Origin: an uncultured delta proteobacterium
GTDB taxonomy: Bacteria > Desulfobacterota > Binatia > Bin18
DNA length: 64,000 nucleotides
Assembly (NCBI GenBank): GCA_963733195.1
Contig: CAVTCR010000062.1
Span: 128,001-192,000 of the forward strand
Reading direction: 5' to 3'
Positions 30,844-41,275 of the stretch are shown here, piece after piece. The position numbers and the translations under genes were made by a program. Below the pieces are notes generated by a model. That model searched no databases. It was not told the origin of the DNA and worked only from the letters and a program-made list of their open reading frames with translations. Positions within the stretch are counted from its first letter, which is position 1. Each line of letters opens with the position of its first letter.

Positions 30844-32022
30844 ATGGCAGATCGACATCTTGAACTTGGCGTGTTTGCCCCAACCATTGGGTGTCTTCCA
30901 CCACAAGGCAAATCCTCTTTTATGCTTGTCTCTGGAGCTGAGCAGCGTACAGAACCAACGTTCGACTATAACCGCCGAGTCGCTGAGATGCTTGATAGCG
31001 CTGGACTTGAAGTATTCTTTATGGCGCAACGTGGGAGGGGATTTGGCCCATCAGATTTTTGGGGGACCTCGCTTGACTCGGTCACCAGTGCGGCAGCTCT
31101 GGCCATGGTGACAAAACAGATAAAAATCGTTTCTACGGTCCACACGGCGTTTCTCCATCCTGGAGTACTCGCGCGGATGGGGGCGACTCTTGACCAAATC
31201 ACGAATGGTCGTTGGGGTTTGAATCTCGTCAGCGGGTGGACACACAAAGACTTTCACATGCTCAACATTCCGTTTCTTGAGCATGACGAACGATACCAAC
31301 AAACAGCAGAGTTCGTCGAAGTGCTGGAGAAATTTTGGACGATGGACTGGTTTGATTACAACGGCAAACATTTCACGATTCAGCAAGGAATCTGCAACCC
31401 CAAACCGATCCATCTGCCGCCTTTGTATAATGCGGGAAGTTCCCCAGCCGGCAAAGACTTCACTGCACGTTACTGCAATTGGTACTTTACCGGTGCGGTG
31501 ACACCGCAACAGGTCAAAGCAGAAATTGCCGATGTCCGCGCACGAGCCGCAAAGTACGGACGGGATATTCATTTCATTACCTATGTTTTTGTCTTGTGTC
31601 GCGAGACCGAAGCACAAGCCGAGAAAGAAGCAGACGAGATTCTTTCGCTCGGAGACTTCACAGCCGCGCAAGAGCTGATAGAGGGCCTCACTGGCCAAAC
31701 CATCGGCACAGCAGCTTCAATCATAGGTCAGGGTGTAACACCAGAGCAAATGTTAGCCGCAGTTGTTCTCGGTGTGGGGAGTGCCAAATTGATCGGCACT
31801 CCGAAACAAGTCGCCCTCAAGTTGTCACAACTCCAAAAGGCAGGCATTGATGCAGTGGGTCTCACTTTTCGTCATGTTGAAGAAGAAATGGCAGACTTTA
31901 TTGAGAAGGTTTTGCCACGCCTCGAAGAGATGGGCGTGCGTCAGCCACGACCACGCAAGGTAATTCCTTTCAGTCGAGCAGCAGGGGGAATTCAGCAACG
32001 AGCGGTGAGGAACGAGCGATGA
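30844..32022 (+). CDS. LLM class flavin-dependent monooxygenase (SsuD/SfnG/RutA-like)
   Basis: STVH, ATLDQITNGRWGLNLVSGW, HDERY, NAGSSPAG. Confidence 0.88.
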   Translation: MADRHLELGVFAPTIGCLPPQGKSSFMLVSGAEQRTEPTFDYNRRVAEMLDSAGLEVFFMAQRGRGFGPSDFWGTSLDSVTSAAALAMVTKQIKIVSTVHTAFLHPGVLARMGATLDQITNGRWGLNLVSGWTHKDFHMLNIPFLEHDERYQQTAEFVEVLEKFWTMDWFDYNGKHFTIQQGICNPKPIHLPPLYNAGSSPAGKDFTARYCNWYFTGAVTPQQVKAEIADVRARAAKYGRDIHFITYVFVLCRETEAQAEKEADEILSLGDFTAAQELIEGLTGQTIGTAASIIGQGVTPEQMLAAVVLGVGSAKLIGTPKQVALKLSQLQKAGIDAVGLTFRHVEEEMADFIEKVLPRLEEMGVRQPRPRKVIPFSRAAGGIQQRAVRNER

Positions 32023-32090
32023 GCAGAAAGTCTTGAAAATCGCGACTCTTCATTTTCCTACTCACAACTCGCCCCTCATTCCTTGTTCCT
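32004..32090. repeat. Degenerate inverted heptamer array between convergent genes
   Basis: tgaggaa-cgagcga-tgagcag versus ctactca-caactcg-cccctca-ttccttg-ttcctga. Confidence 0.65.
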
Positions 32091-32096
32091 GAAATT

Positions 32097-33092
32097 CTAC
32101 GCATTCACATCGATTACCACCCGTCCGCGCACCTGTCCTTTCAAGATCTCTTGGGCAAGTTCTGGCACTTTTGACATTGGCTCAACGGTGGTCATCGCAT
32201 CCAACTTGGCGAGCGGCAGATCGCGCGCAAGTCGTCGCCATCCTTCAAGTCGCTGCGGTTTCGGGCACATGACCGAATCGATGCCTAGTAAATTGACCCC
32301 ACGTAAAATGAATGGATAAACAGAGGTCGGCAAGTTCGTACCACCCGCAAGACCACAGGCAGCCACGGCACCACCATAACGCGTACCGCGCAACACGGAC
32401 GCCAACGTCTCCCCGCCAACCGAGTCGATACCGCCAGCCCATCGTTCAGCATCAAGTGGTCGGCCAGAAGGCTTCTCCAGTGCAACCCGTTCAACGATGC
32501 TTGTCGCTCCTAGTGACTTGAGATAATCGCCGAGTTCGGCCCGACCGGTTGAAGCCGCAACTTTGTAACCAAGTTTAGCAAGGATTGCCACCGCGACACT
32601 ACCAACACCACCGGCAGCACCGGTGACAATCACTTCATGTTCCCCAGGCTTCACCCCCATACGCTCCAGTGCCATAACACTTAGGATCGAGGTGAACCCT
32701 GCTGTACCAATCGCCATTGCTTGTTTAAGCGAGAATTCCTTCGGCACAGGCACCAACCAATCCGACTTCACACGTTGTTTCTGGGCAAAGCCACCCCAAT
32801 GCGATTCACTTAGTCCCCACCCAGTGATCACGACCTGATCTCCGGGTTTGTAATCTGCGGAACTCGACTCCTCGACCGTTCCGGCGAGATCAATTCCACA
32901 GACCATAGGGAGGCGTCGCGCAATCTTGGCCGTTCCTGTCACGGCAAGACCATCTTTGTAGTTGAGTGTCGAGTAGGTAACTCGAACAGTCACATCACCT
33001 ACCGGAAGATCATTCGTCGAAATCTCCTTCAGTGAGGCTCGAACTTTCCCGTCCACTTCTTCAGCAACAATCGCTTTCACTGTTTCCGCCAT
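32097..33092 (-). CDS. acuI: Acryloyl-CoA reductase, YhdH/AcuI MDR family
   Basis: YSTLNYKD, GIDLAG, GTAGFT, GAAGGVG, PFILRGV.LLGIDSV. Confidence 0.88.
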   Translation of the reverse strand: MAETVKAIVAEEVDGKVRASLKEISTNDLPVGDVTVRVTYSTLNYKDGLAVTGTAKIARRLPMVCGIDLAGTVEESSSADYKPGDQVVITGWGLSESHWGGFAQKQRVKSDWLVPVPKEFSLKQAMAIGTAGFTSILSVMALERMGVKPGEHEVIVTGAAGGVGSVAVAILAKLGYKVAASTGRAELGDYLKSLGATSIVERVALEKPSGRPLDAERWAGGIDSVGGETLASVLRGTRYGGAVAACGLAGGTNLPTSVYPFILRGVNLLGIDSVMCPKPQRLEGWRRLARDLPLAKLDAMTTVEPMSKVPELAQEILKGQVRGRVVIDVNA

Positions 33093-33190
33093 GGTGCAAA
33101 CTCCTGTATATGATCTTCCTGAGCGACAACTCGGCCCCCAGACCGATAGTTGTGGGAAGACTTGGCCGAATCTACCACATGTCTCTGCAT

Positions 33191-33220
33191 TTGACAGTGC
33201 CTTGAGTCTCGCTGAATAAT
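33191..33220 (+). promoter_or_regulatory. Possible sigma-70 promoter
   Basis: TTGACA-N18-AATAAT, 22 nt before the ATG at 33243. Confidence 0.45.
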
Positions 33221-33242
33221 CTTATTCCTGAAGGAAAAAAAG

Positions 33243-34415
33243 ATGCTGAATCTTCGTCTCCGTACAATAGCTGCAGATCCGTTTCGCCCATATCAAGATG
33301 CCAGCGGTCCAGAACGCATTTTTTCATTCTATGACCCTGTTTCGCAGATGCGTGCGGTACTCGTGATTGACACTACCGCCTTTGGCCTCAGTGCTGGTGG
33401 CATACGCATGCTCCCAGACTTATCACTCATGGAGATGGTGCGACTGGCACGAGCGATGACCTACAAGTATCTCATGCTCGAAGTCCACTGCGGTGGTGCA
33501 AAAGCCGGCGTATGGTACGACTCGACCACACATGACCGCCAAGCGGTATGGAACGCGTTCCTCGCTGCCCTGCGCCCGTTCGTCGAAAAACGCATGTATC
33601 TTCCAGGTACCGATATGGGGACGACGGAAGAGGACTTCCAGTCTCTTCATGAGGAAGGTGCACGTCAGCGTTCCGGTGGACTTCTCAAGCAAGTCATCGA
33701 CGGGCTCCCGCTGGAAGATCAACTCACCGGTTTCGGTGTCGTCGAATCTGCGCGCGTCGCGGCTGATTTCTTTGCTGTCCCTATGGACGGTGCAACTGTC
33801 GCGATCGAAGGATTTGGCAAAGTCGGTGGTGGAGCCGCACGCTTCTTTGTCCGCTTGGGCGCACGAGTCGTGGCGGTCTCAACTATCGCCGGGACGCGCT
33901 ACGATCCTAAAGGATTAGACATTGAGCAGCTTTTCGCGCTTCGTCGTACATATGGAGACGAAGCCGTGCGGCACTATCCGAGCGGAAAATTGTTTTCCCG
34001 TAACCGCCTGTTCTCTCTACCTGTCGATATTCTTATCCCCGGCGCACGCCCGGATGCCATCAACGCTAAAAATGTCGAGAAAGTTCAGGCAAAGCTCATA
34101 GTACCAGGAGCAAATATTCCTTTTACCGTCGCGATAGCGAATCGCCTGTCAGCCCGTGGGATCGGAGTCGTACCGGATTTTGTTGCCAACGGTGGCGGAG
34201 TGTTAGCTGCTCTTGCTGATCTCCAGGGGCTCGACGTTGACGCAGCTTTTCGTTCTGTACGTGAGCGTATCAGCGCGAATACCACACTCGTACTCAACCG
34301 TAGCCGCGAGCATCACTGCACGCCTGTCGATGCGGCAATGCAAATCTGTCAGGAACGCTGGCAGCAAAAGGCCGCACCTGAACGCAAATTAGCACTTCAT
34401 TCTCACTTAATATGA
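33243..34415 (+). CDS. Glu/Leu/Phe/Val dehydrogenase family
   Basis: GGIR, LARAMTYK, GGAKAG, DMGT, EGFGKVG, GAN, VPDFVANGGGV. Confidence 0.93.
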   Translation: MLNLRLRTIAADPFRPYQDASGPERIFSFYDPVSQMRAVLVIDTTAFGLSAGGIRMLPDLSLMEMVRLARAMTYKYLMLEVHCGGAKAGVWYDSTTHDRQAVWNAFLAALRPFVEKRMYLPGTDMGTTEEDFQSLHEEGARQRSGGLLKQVIDGLPLEDQLTGFGVVESARVAADFFAVPMDGATVAIEGFGKVGGGAARFFVRLGARVVAVSTIAGTRYDPKGLDIEQLFALRRTYGDEAVRHYPSGKLFSRNRLFSLPVDILIPGARPDAINAKNVEKVQAKLIVPGANIPFTVAIANRLSARGIGVVPDFVANGGGVLAALADLQGLDVDAAFRSVRERISANTTLVLNRSREHHCTPVDAAMQICQERWQQKAAPERKLALHSHLI

Positions 34416-34456
34416 TACACTCCAGCTTTGGGAGGCTGAACGCTAGACTTCCAAAC

Positions 34457-35140
34457 CTAAGCGAATTTCTCGTATTTCCAGCCACTGTCAATCATCCACA
34501 ACCGGTGACGTTGACCGGGACGATCAACGTTTATGTCCGGATACCCAACGTCATCTTCGTACATTGAACAAATGCCTCCAGACACCTTTGTATAACGAGG
34601 AATGAAGATTTCCGGTTCTTTTGCGGCAAAATGTGAGAGTGCCTCGGGAAGCGAACCATACGCGGACAACTTGGTGAGAGTAACAAAAGTTGGTGGGGGG
34701 AGTTCGATTTCCTGGGTGCGTTGTGCTGCCAACGCTAGATCTGGTCGCATCCATCGATGGTCGTGAATTTCGTCACCATCGATTTGTACTGCGCCATCCT
34801 GCGCAGCCGCCAGAAAGAACCATGTCGCGTACCGTTGCGGCTGTCCTTCTGGCGTTGTCCAATGCGAGATCCAGATCATTTCTTCGCAAGGAACAGTCAA
34901 GCCTGCCTCTTCTTGGGCCTCGCGAACCGCAGCCCGGCGTGCAGCAGCGAGTGTATCGTCGGATTTTCCTGGGATATAATCTTCTGGATCGATGCGCCCC
35001 CCAGGAAAAACCCACGCTCCGCCATGAAAGGCGATCTTTGAATTGCGTCGAAGCAGGAGTGTTTCCAAGTGACCACTCTCTTCGCGCAAAAGAATGACTG
35101 TCGCAGACGGAATGGGAGTAACAACAGGTGTGTTTGTCAT
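34457..35140 (-). CDS. NUDIX hydrolase
   Basis: FPGGRID...AAVREAQEEAG, HWTTP, RYATWFF. Confidence 0.92.
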   Translation of the reverse strand: MTNTPVVTPIPSATVILLREESGHLETLLLRRNSKIAFHGGAWVFPGGRIDPEDYIPGKSDDTLAAARRAAVREAQEEAGLTVPCEEMIWISHWTTPEGQPQRYATWFFLAAAQDGAVQIDGDEIHDHRWMRPDLALAAQRTQEIELPPPTFVTLTKLSAYGSLPEALSHFAAKEPEIFIPRYTKVSGGICSMYEDDVGYPDINVDRPGQRHRLWMIDSGWKYEKFA

Positions 35141-35194
35141 TTGGTTACTATATCGAGTGCAGATAGAAACGCCTAGAAGGCAAAATAAGAGTTG

Positions 35195-35223
35195 CGTAGA
35201 GACGCCCACCGGGCGTCTCTACG
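35195..35223. repeat. GTAG REP
   Basis: cgtagagacgccc-acc-gggcgtctctacg perfect 13-bp stem. Confidence 0.9.
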
Positions 35224-35282
35224 AAACAGTCCGTGACTGGCCTGTTCGCCAAAATCTAACAGTACGAAGAGAGAGATTTTCT

Positions 35283-35874
35283 CTATTGCCACGGCCAATC
35301 GCGCGAGTAGCCACGACGACGACCTACAGTAAATTCTGCTCGACACCCACGATCAACCCATATCCCACCGGAGTCGTAGCCCCAGGAACGCCATTTGACA
35401 CATTGAGCCTCAGAGAGCTGCCGTTCCAGTCGAACATAGCCACCGGTATCACCCGGACAATAATTATATCGCTCACCTTTGCTCGCGCAGCGGATCGATC
35501 GGGCTGGACGAGCCGATTCATCATAGTAATCACGCTCATCATAGTCTCGTGGGCGTTTACGCGGACTATCGTAGTACCCACGTCTGCCCAACAATGAACC
35601 GGGCTCGGCACCCGTTATCTACCCAAATCCCCCAATCATCATAGCCCCACGTTCGCCCAGCAACACATGGAGTGTCAGAGTATTGTTCATCGAGACGAAC
35701 ATAGCCGTCCGTTTGCGCTCGACAGTAGCGATGACGTCCTTGTTCACTCGCGCAATCAAGTGTTTGTGCCGCCTGCACTGGCGAGGCAAAGCATCCACAA
35801 CAAACCTACACCGCCAAGATAAGGAGAACGAAAGACTTTCCGCCCTGAGCACTTACCCAAAGTTGAGTGTTCAT
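35283..35874 (-). CDS. Secreted DUF3011-repeat protein, frameshifted
   Basis: Two copies of CAS..R..YC..VRL..Q.S..C..WGYD..GIWVD.GCRA.F; signal-like N-terminus in another frame. Confidence 0.85.
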
Positions 35875-35905
35875 ATCCACACCCCCTGGGTATAACGTAT
35901 AGTTC

Positions 35906-36364
35906 CTATTTGACGCGTTGCCAAGTGATTCGCATGTTCAGTTGTTCGTTGCCCACTTGTCGTTGTGGTGGTTTTAGCACGAAGTATCACCAGACAGTTC
36001 ATAGAGACCGCTTCTGATCCGAACCAACGTAATTTGGAAACGCACTTCCCTCGACATGGTGGACAACAAAGCCTTCAGCCTCATTGATCTCATACGTACC
36101 GAAATAGGCACTATACCCATCCCAGGCGGCTTTGAGCTCTTCTGCAGTGCCTTTCTCGATATCATTGACAGCAAACTTCGGACGATCAGGACGCATGATC
36201 TGTACCGCGACATGTCCAGTGGAGTCATACATCAAATAGCCAATTGTCTTTGTCCCATATCGCGCCGGTGTCGAAGCAACCTCGCCGTTTGGCCGTCGGG
36301 CTTCAACAGAGGCTAACCTCCATGTACCGATAAACTTGCTTGCGATTCCTGATGTGTTGTTCAT
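35906..36364 (-). CDS. Lipocalin-like domain protein (Lipocalin_5), frameshifted at the 3' end
   Basis: FIGTWRL, GYLMY, AYFGTY, HHVEGS.FPN, shifted tail RITWQRVK*. Confidence 0.88.
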
Positions 36365-36394
36365 AGGTGCCTTCTTTACGTTTTGTAGTAAAAA

Positions 36395-36416
36395 GGCGGG
36401 CACAGCCCGCCCTACG
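36395..36416. repeat. GTAG REP
   Basis: ggcgggcacagcccgccctacg. Confidence 0.75.
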
Positions 36417-36440
36417 AAGCTTCGTGTGCATAGCGCACGC

Positions 36441-36492
36441 TACACTTTCGACTTCGGACTCTGGACTCACAGACTCCAGACTACTAGACTCT
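36441..36492. repeat. Heptamer tandem array (gact units), single arm
   Basis: cactttc-gacttcg-gactctg-gactcaca-gactcca-gactact. Confidence 0.75.
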
Positions 36493-38082
36493 CTTTATGG
36501 CGAGTACACTTCCCTCACCATCACCGGCGACATAGATCGTGCCGTCACTACCAACCGCTAATCCGGCAAACGGCGAGAGAGGACCAGGAATCAGATCAGG
36601 AACTCCCATCAACGGTTTCGGAGTAACACCGGGAGCAGCACCAACTGGAAGGCCGGAGACGAGTGTCTGTTGTTGCTTGGTTGATAGTGAGAAGCTCACT
36701 AACTTCTTGCTCCCAACATCAAGGATGAGCAGTTGATCACCGGCAAGTGCAACGCCATGTGGAGTTTGGAGCCCTTCAACGACCGTTGTTTTTCCACCGT
36801 TGAGTTTAATGACACGACCGGCACTTGCTTCACTCACATAACACGAACCATCCGCCGTTGCGGCAACACCAGCCGGGCGTCCGAGCCCCTGTGCAACAAC
36901 GGAGACGTCACCTTTGCTGTTCACCTTCACAACTCTTCCTGCGCCCGCTTCTGCCACAATCGCCGAACCATCTGAGGCACAGGCTAAGCCCAGCGCTTCT
37001 TGCAAGCCGGTGGTCAACGTCTGAGATGCGCGCGTCCCAGGATGATAAGAACTAACAGTACCAGCCGAATTAGTCACATACAGTGCACCACCAGGAGCAG
37101 CAGCGATACCACGAACAAATCCTGGGAACCCTTCATCGAGCAGCATGCCCGATCGGCTTTGCTTGCCATCACGAGAAATCACCACAAAGCTCATCCCATC
37201 AGCAGCATAGAGCGTCCCATCGTTGCCAACCGCCAAACCCATGGGGCCGAGCAATCCAGCCGGAACCAGGACACGTTCTTGTCCATTACTGAGGATTTCC
37301 GCAACTCCACCGTCAATGAAGTGAGAGATAAATATACGGTTGTCCGTATCGACCGCAAAGTTGTCGATTCCCGGTCGTACTTTGCTGATCGTAGTTTTTA
37401 CCCCGCTTTGGATGTCGATCTTGATCACTTCGCCGCTCCCCGCGAGCGTGGAAGTCAGCACTCCTTTTTGATCAAACTTCACTGCCGTAGGCACGGCTAA
37501 TCCAGCGATAAACCGTTGCGGTGTTCCACCAGTAAGTGGAACGCGCCAGATCTCTCCAGCGGCAATCTGTGGAAAGTAAATCTGTTCATCTGGGCCAACT
37601 GACAATGCGTTCGGCAGCGCAAGATTATCGGCGATCAATCGCGGCGTACGCCCGTCAGGAAAGAGCTCGAACAGCCGCCCGCCTGGTCGGCATTCGTCCA
37701 TGAACAGACGATCCTTATATGCCGTAATACCGTTGGCACCAGGAACATTATCCGCGATGATGCGAGTCTGCCCATCGGAAGTGCGCGCGCTGACCCGCGC
37801 ACTCATCACTTCTGTAACATACATCACTCCTCGTGAGTCAAACGCAATGTCGTCTGGCGCAACGATCGGTCCACCCACTGGTGAGATGGTCTGACACGCA
37901 CCGGTCTTGGTGTCTATCGCACTCACCTGACTGCCAAATGCCTGGACGACATACAGCCGTCCATCGGGGCCAAATCGCATGCCATTGGCACCAAACAGCC
38001 CACTGGGGGGTGAGAGGTGTGTCACGTGCCATCCGGCTGCCGTTTTAGGTCCCGCGTTGCCTTCTGCTTGATAACGGTTCAT
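36484..38082 (-). CDS. SMP-30/gluconolactonase-like tandem beta-propeller protein
   Basis: Repeated P.G.A...DG.LYV blades. Confidence 0.88.
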   Translation of the reverse strand: MNRYQAEGNAGPKTAAGWHVTHLSPPSGLFGANGMRFGPDGRLYVVQAFGSQVSAIDTKTGACQTISPVGGPIVAPDDIAFDSRGVMYVTEVMSARVSARTSDGQTRIIADNVPGANGITAYKDRLFMDECRPGGRLFELFPDGRTPRLIADNLALPNALSVGPDEQIYFPQIAAGEIWRVPLTGGTPQRFIAGLAVPTAVKFDQKGVLTSTLAGSGEVIKIDIQSGVKTTISKVRPGIDNFAVDTDNRIFISHFIDGGVAEILSNGQERVLVPAGLLGPMGLAVGNDGTLYAADGMSFVVISRDGKQSRSGMLLDEGFPGFVRGIAAAPGGALYVTNSAGTVSSYHPGTRASQTLTTGLQEALGLACASDGSAIVAEAGAGRVVKVNSKGDVSVVAQGLGRPAGVAATADGSCYVSEASAGRVIKLNGGKTTVVEGLQTPHGVALAGDQLLILDVGSKKLVSFSLSTKQQQTLVSGLPVGAAPGVTPKPLMGVPDLIPGPLSPFAGLAVGSDGTIYVAGDGEGSVLAIKRV

Positions 38083-38226
38083 AGAATACCCTCCTCTTTT
38101 GGTCCCAGGTTATAGCACAATTGAGGAGAGACCCGGCAAGGACCAGCTCTGTTGCGAAGGGAAAGGCGTCCAGCCTTCTTCGTCACAGCCCGACACCGTT
38201 AAACCAAACTATATGGAGGAGCTATT

Positions 38227-38499
38227 TTGCTATACATGATCATTGAACATTTCAAGAATCAGGACTCTGTTCTGGTGTATCGACGCTTCTGTGATCAGGG
38301 CCGTCTCGCGCCGGAGGGGTTGCGTTATGTAGCAAGTTGGGTCGATGAAACTCTTAGCCGTTGTTTTCAACTCATGGAAACAAGTGATCGCAGACTTCTC
38401 GATGAATGGATGACCAATTGGAGTGACATTGTCGATTTCGAGGTGTACCCAGTCATAACTTCGCAAGAAGCAGCAGAAAAGGTTTCGCCGCATCTATGA
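38227..38499 (+). CDS. DUF3303 family protein
   Basis: YMIIEHF, GRLAPEGL.Y..SWV, RCFQLME, WSDIVDFE.YPV; GGAGG RBS. Confidence 0.88.
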   Translation: MLYMIIEHFKNQDSVLVYRRFCDQGRLAPEGLRYVASWVDETLSRCFQLMETSDRRLLDEWMTNWSDIVDFEVYPVITSQEAAEKVSPHL

Positions 38500-38577
38500 A
38501 CAGGGGCGCTAGATGCTTGTCATTCGTCGCATCAACTTACCGCTCGAAAAGGGCGGCTTCTCTGTGTAGATATACCA

Positions 38578-39745
38578 ATGGCGGCCAAGAGAAAAAAACC
38601 TATGCCAACATCGCTCTTACATAAAGCAGTTCCCCTGTTGCGACGAGAATGGGCTTTATTCGTAAGCATCATTACGACAGCGCTGTTTCTCGTGTTTGGG
38701 AAAGCGTGGCTCAGCAATCTCGACAATTCTATCTGGTTCGCCCTTATGTTGGGATGGCTCTTTGGGGCGATTTTGGTTTCGGCGTTCGCCGTTGTGCGCC
38801 ATGCAGAAGGTCTCGCTGTGCGGCTCGGCGAGCCTTTTGGCACGCTGGTGCTGACGTTGTCCATGAGCGGCATGGAGATGATGATGATCACGGCGGTCAT
38901 GTACAGCGGCCAAGGAGAATCTTCATTGGCACGTGACACCATGCTTGCAATCGTGATGATCGTATTGAATGGGCTGGTAGGTGCCTGCCTACTGCTCGGC
39001 GGGTTGCGCTACCATGAACAGACGTACAACCTCTATGGGGCAAACGCCTTTCTGGCGGTGATCCTGCCATTGTCGGTTCTCGGCTTGGTGCTGCCGAGGT
39101 TCACCGTGTCGTCACTGGGGCCCACCCTCTCCCCACTACAGTCCACGTTTCTCATTTTTATGTCGATGGGCCTGTATGGTGTGTTCCTCGCAATCCAGAC
39201 CACACGCCATCGCGACTATTTTGTTTCGACGAGCGCTGTGACAGCAACGATGAACAACCAAGAAGCAGACCTGCATGACAAGTTCGAGGTGCAGTCGGTG
39301 AGAATATCACAGCCTGCTGCTGCTAGCGTATGGTATTCCCATTGTTCTTCTGGCTAAACAGATCGCGGTGCCGATCGATTACAGCATCAGTGTTCTGGGA
39401 GCGCCTCCCGCACTCGGAGGTTTACTGGTGGCAGCATTGATACTTTCCCCTGAATCCCTGGCCGCGGTCCGGGCTGCACTCTCTAATCAGCTTCAGCGTT
39501 CGATCAATCTCGCGCTGGGAACCGCACTGTCGAGCATCAGCCTGACAATCCCAGCGGTCCTCATCATCGGCTTCATTACGGAGAGAACGATTATTCTCGG
39601 ACTCGATGACGTTAATACAATCTTGCTGCTGTTGACACTGGTGGTGAGCATGCTGACCTTCGCTCTTGAACGAACCAATGTGCTTCTCGGTGCGGTCCAT
39701 TTGTTATTGTTCTTCGCCTACCTTATGCTTATTTTTGAAAGATAA
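38578..39745 (+). CDS. chaA: Ca2+/H+ (CaCA) antiporter, frameshift near 39300
   Basis: VVRHAE.LA..LGEPFGTL.LTLS, ARDT, PESLAA, LQRSINLALG, GAVHL. Confidence 0.88.
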
Positions 39746-39758
39746 AGGTCGTGTGTAT

Positions 39759-41108
39759 ATGACCATCCCCGCTCAATTTCACGTGCTCGTCATTGACGAC
39801 GAGAAAAACATCCGCGCCACCCTTGCGACCTGTTTAGAAAGTATGGCGTGTCAGGTAACGGCGGTTGCTTCCGCTGACGCCGCGTTGGCGGCACTTGCCC
39901 GCCAAGCTTTCGACTTAGCGTTTCTGGATCTTCGTCTAGGCCAGGAGAATGGGCTTGACCTTATCCCCAAACTCCTCGCCGAAGCCCCAGATCTTGCCAT
40001 CGTCGTCATCACCGCCTACGCGACGGTAGATACCGCTGTCGATGCAATCAAACGTGGTGCGAAAGACTATCTTCCCAAGCCGTTCACCCCGGCGCAAATT
40101 CGCCACCTTGTGGAACGATTTGCTGAGCAACAGCACCTTACGACCCGTATTCGCGACCTTGAAGCACGATTGCAAGAGGCGGTTCCGGAGGTCGATGTCG
40201 AGACGGCTTCCCCGAAAATGCGTGCTGCGCTTGAGATCGTTGCACGCGTGGCTCCCACGGACGCGCCGGTTCTCTTGCGGGGTGAGAGCGGAACAGGCAA
40301 AGGGGTCGTCGCACACCTCCTGCACACGCAAAGTGGGCGCGCTGCCAAACCTTTTGTGATGGTCAACTGCCCAACGCTTTCTGAAGAACTCCTGGCGAGT
40401 GAACTTTTCGGGCACATGCGGGGTGCCTTTACCGGTGCTGTTCGTGACCAGCCGGGTCGTGTAGAGATGGCAGACGGTGGCACTCTATTTCTTGACGAAA
40501 TTGGCGAGATCGCGCCGGGACTGCAAGCAAAACTATTGCGGTTTCTCCAGGACAAACAATTTGAACGACTTGGTGAGAATAAAACCAGATACGCAGACGT
40601 TCGTGTGCTCGCGGCTACCAACCGCGATCTCGAAACCGACGTAAAAACTGGCCGCTTCCGTGAGGACCTCCTCTATCGTCTCAATGTGATTGAAGTGACG
40701 CTCCCGCCGTTGCGTGAACGCTCAGAGGACATTCTTCGGCTTGCGCGCTGGTTTCTCGCATTTTTTGCTCGCAGCGCGCGCCGGTCACTCCCCGAACTGT
40801 CGCCAGCTGCTGAGCAGACGCTGTTGACATATGCGTGGCCGGGAAACGTACGCGAACTCCGCAACGCAATTGAACGCGCGGTCATTCTTTGGCCTGCACA
40901 GGTTATCGAGCCGCAGGCGTTTCCTGAACGAATCGTCTCACATTCTAATCTTGGGTCGCAACTCGGCGGTGATCACACGATTGAGACGATCGAGCGTGAG
41001 CACATCCTGAGAGTGCTCGCACGTACGAGTACATTAGAAGAGGCGGCGCAGGTGCTTGGTATCGATGCGTCGACGTTATGGCGCAAGCGGAAAAAATACG
41101 AAGAGTAG
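39759..41108 (+). CDS. Sigma-54-dependent response regulator (REC-AAA-Fis HTH, AlgB-like)
   Basis: LDLRL, GESGTGK, GAFTGA, FLDEIGE, WPGNVREL, LGIDASTLWRKRK. Confidence 0.95.
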   Translation: MTIPAQFHVLVIDDEKNIRATLATCLESMACQVTAVASADAALAALARQAFDLAFLDLRLGQENGLDLIPKLLAEAPDLAIVVITAYATVDTAVDAIKRGAKDYLPKPFTPAQIRHLVERFAEQQHLTTRIRDLEARLQEAVPEVDVETASPKMRAALEIVARVAPTDAPVLLRGESGTGKGVVAHLLHTQSGRAAKPFVMVNCPTLSEELLASELFGHMRGAFTGAVRDQPGRVEMADGGTLFLDEIGEIAPGLQAKLLRFLQDKQFERLGENKTRYADVRVLAATNRDLETDVKTGRFREDLLYRLNVIEVTLPPLRERSEDILRLARWFLAFFARSARRSLPELSPAAEQTLLTYAWPGNVRELRNAIERAVILWPAQVIEPQAFPERIVSHSNLGSQLGGDHTIETIEREHILRVLARTSTLEEAAQVLGIDASTLWRKRKKYEE

Positions 41109-41181
41109 ACTTTCTACAGTTTCTCTTTGAGAACTAGACACGGAATACGCGCCCTTCGACTATAAAAAAGACTGAACGAGC

Positions 41182-41256
41182 CTGGATGCCCGCTTACGCG
41201 GGCATGACGAAGAGCGTTCTCTCAGGCATGTCATTCCCGCGAACGCGGGAATCCAG
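41182..41256. repeat. Inverted pair of GTCATTCCCGC-type (dRS3-like/CGTC REP) elements
   Basis: ctggatgcccgcttacgcgggcatgac ... gtcattcccgcgaacgcgggaatccag. Confidence 0.88.
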
Positions 41257-41275
41257 TTTTTTGATGGCGGCACGG

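Noticed and set aside
817-36492. Repeat arrays as CRISPR
   Set aside because: Units are 7-8 nt and degenerate, with no 23-47-nt repeats separated by regular spacers and no cas genes.
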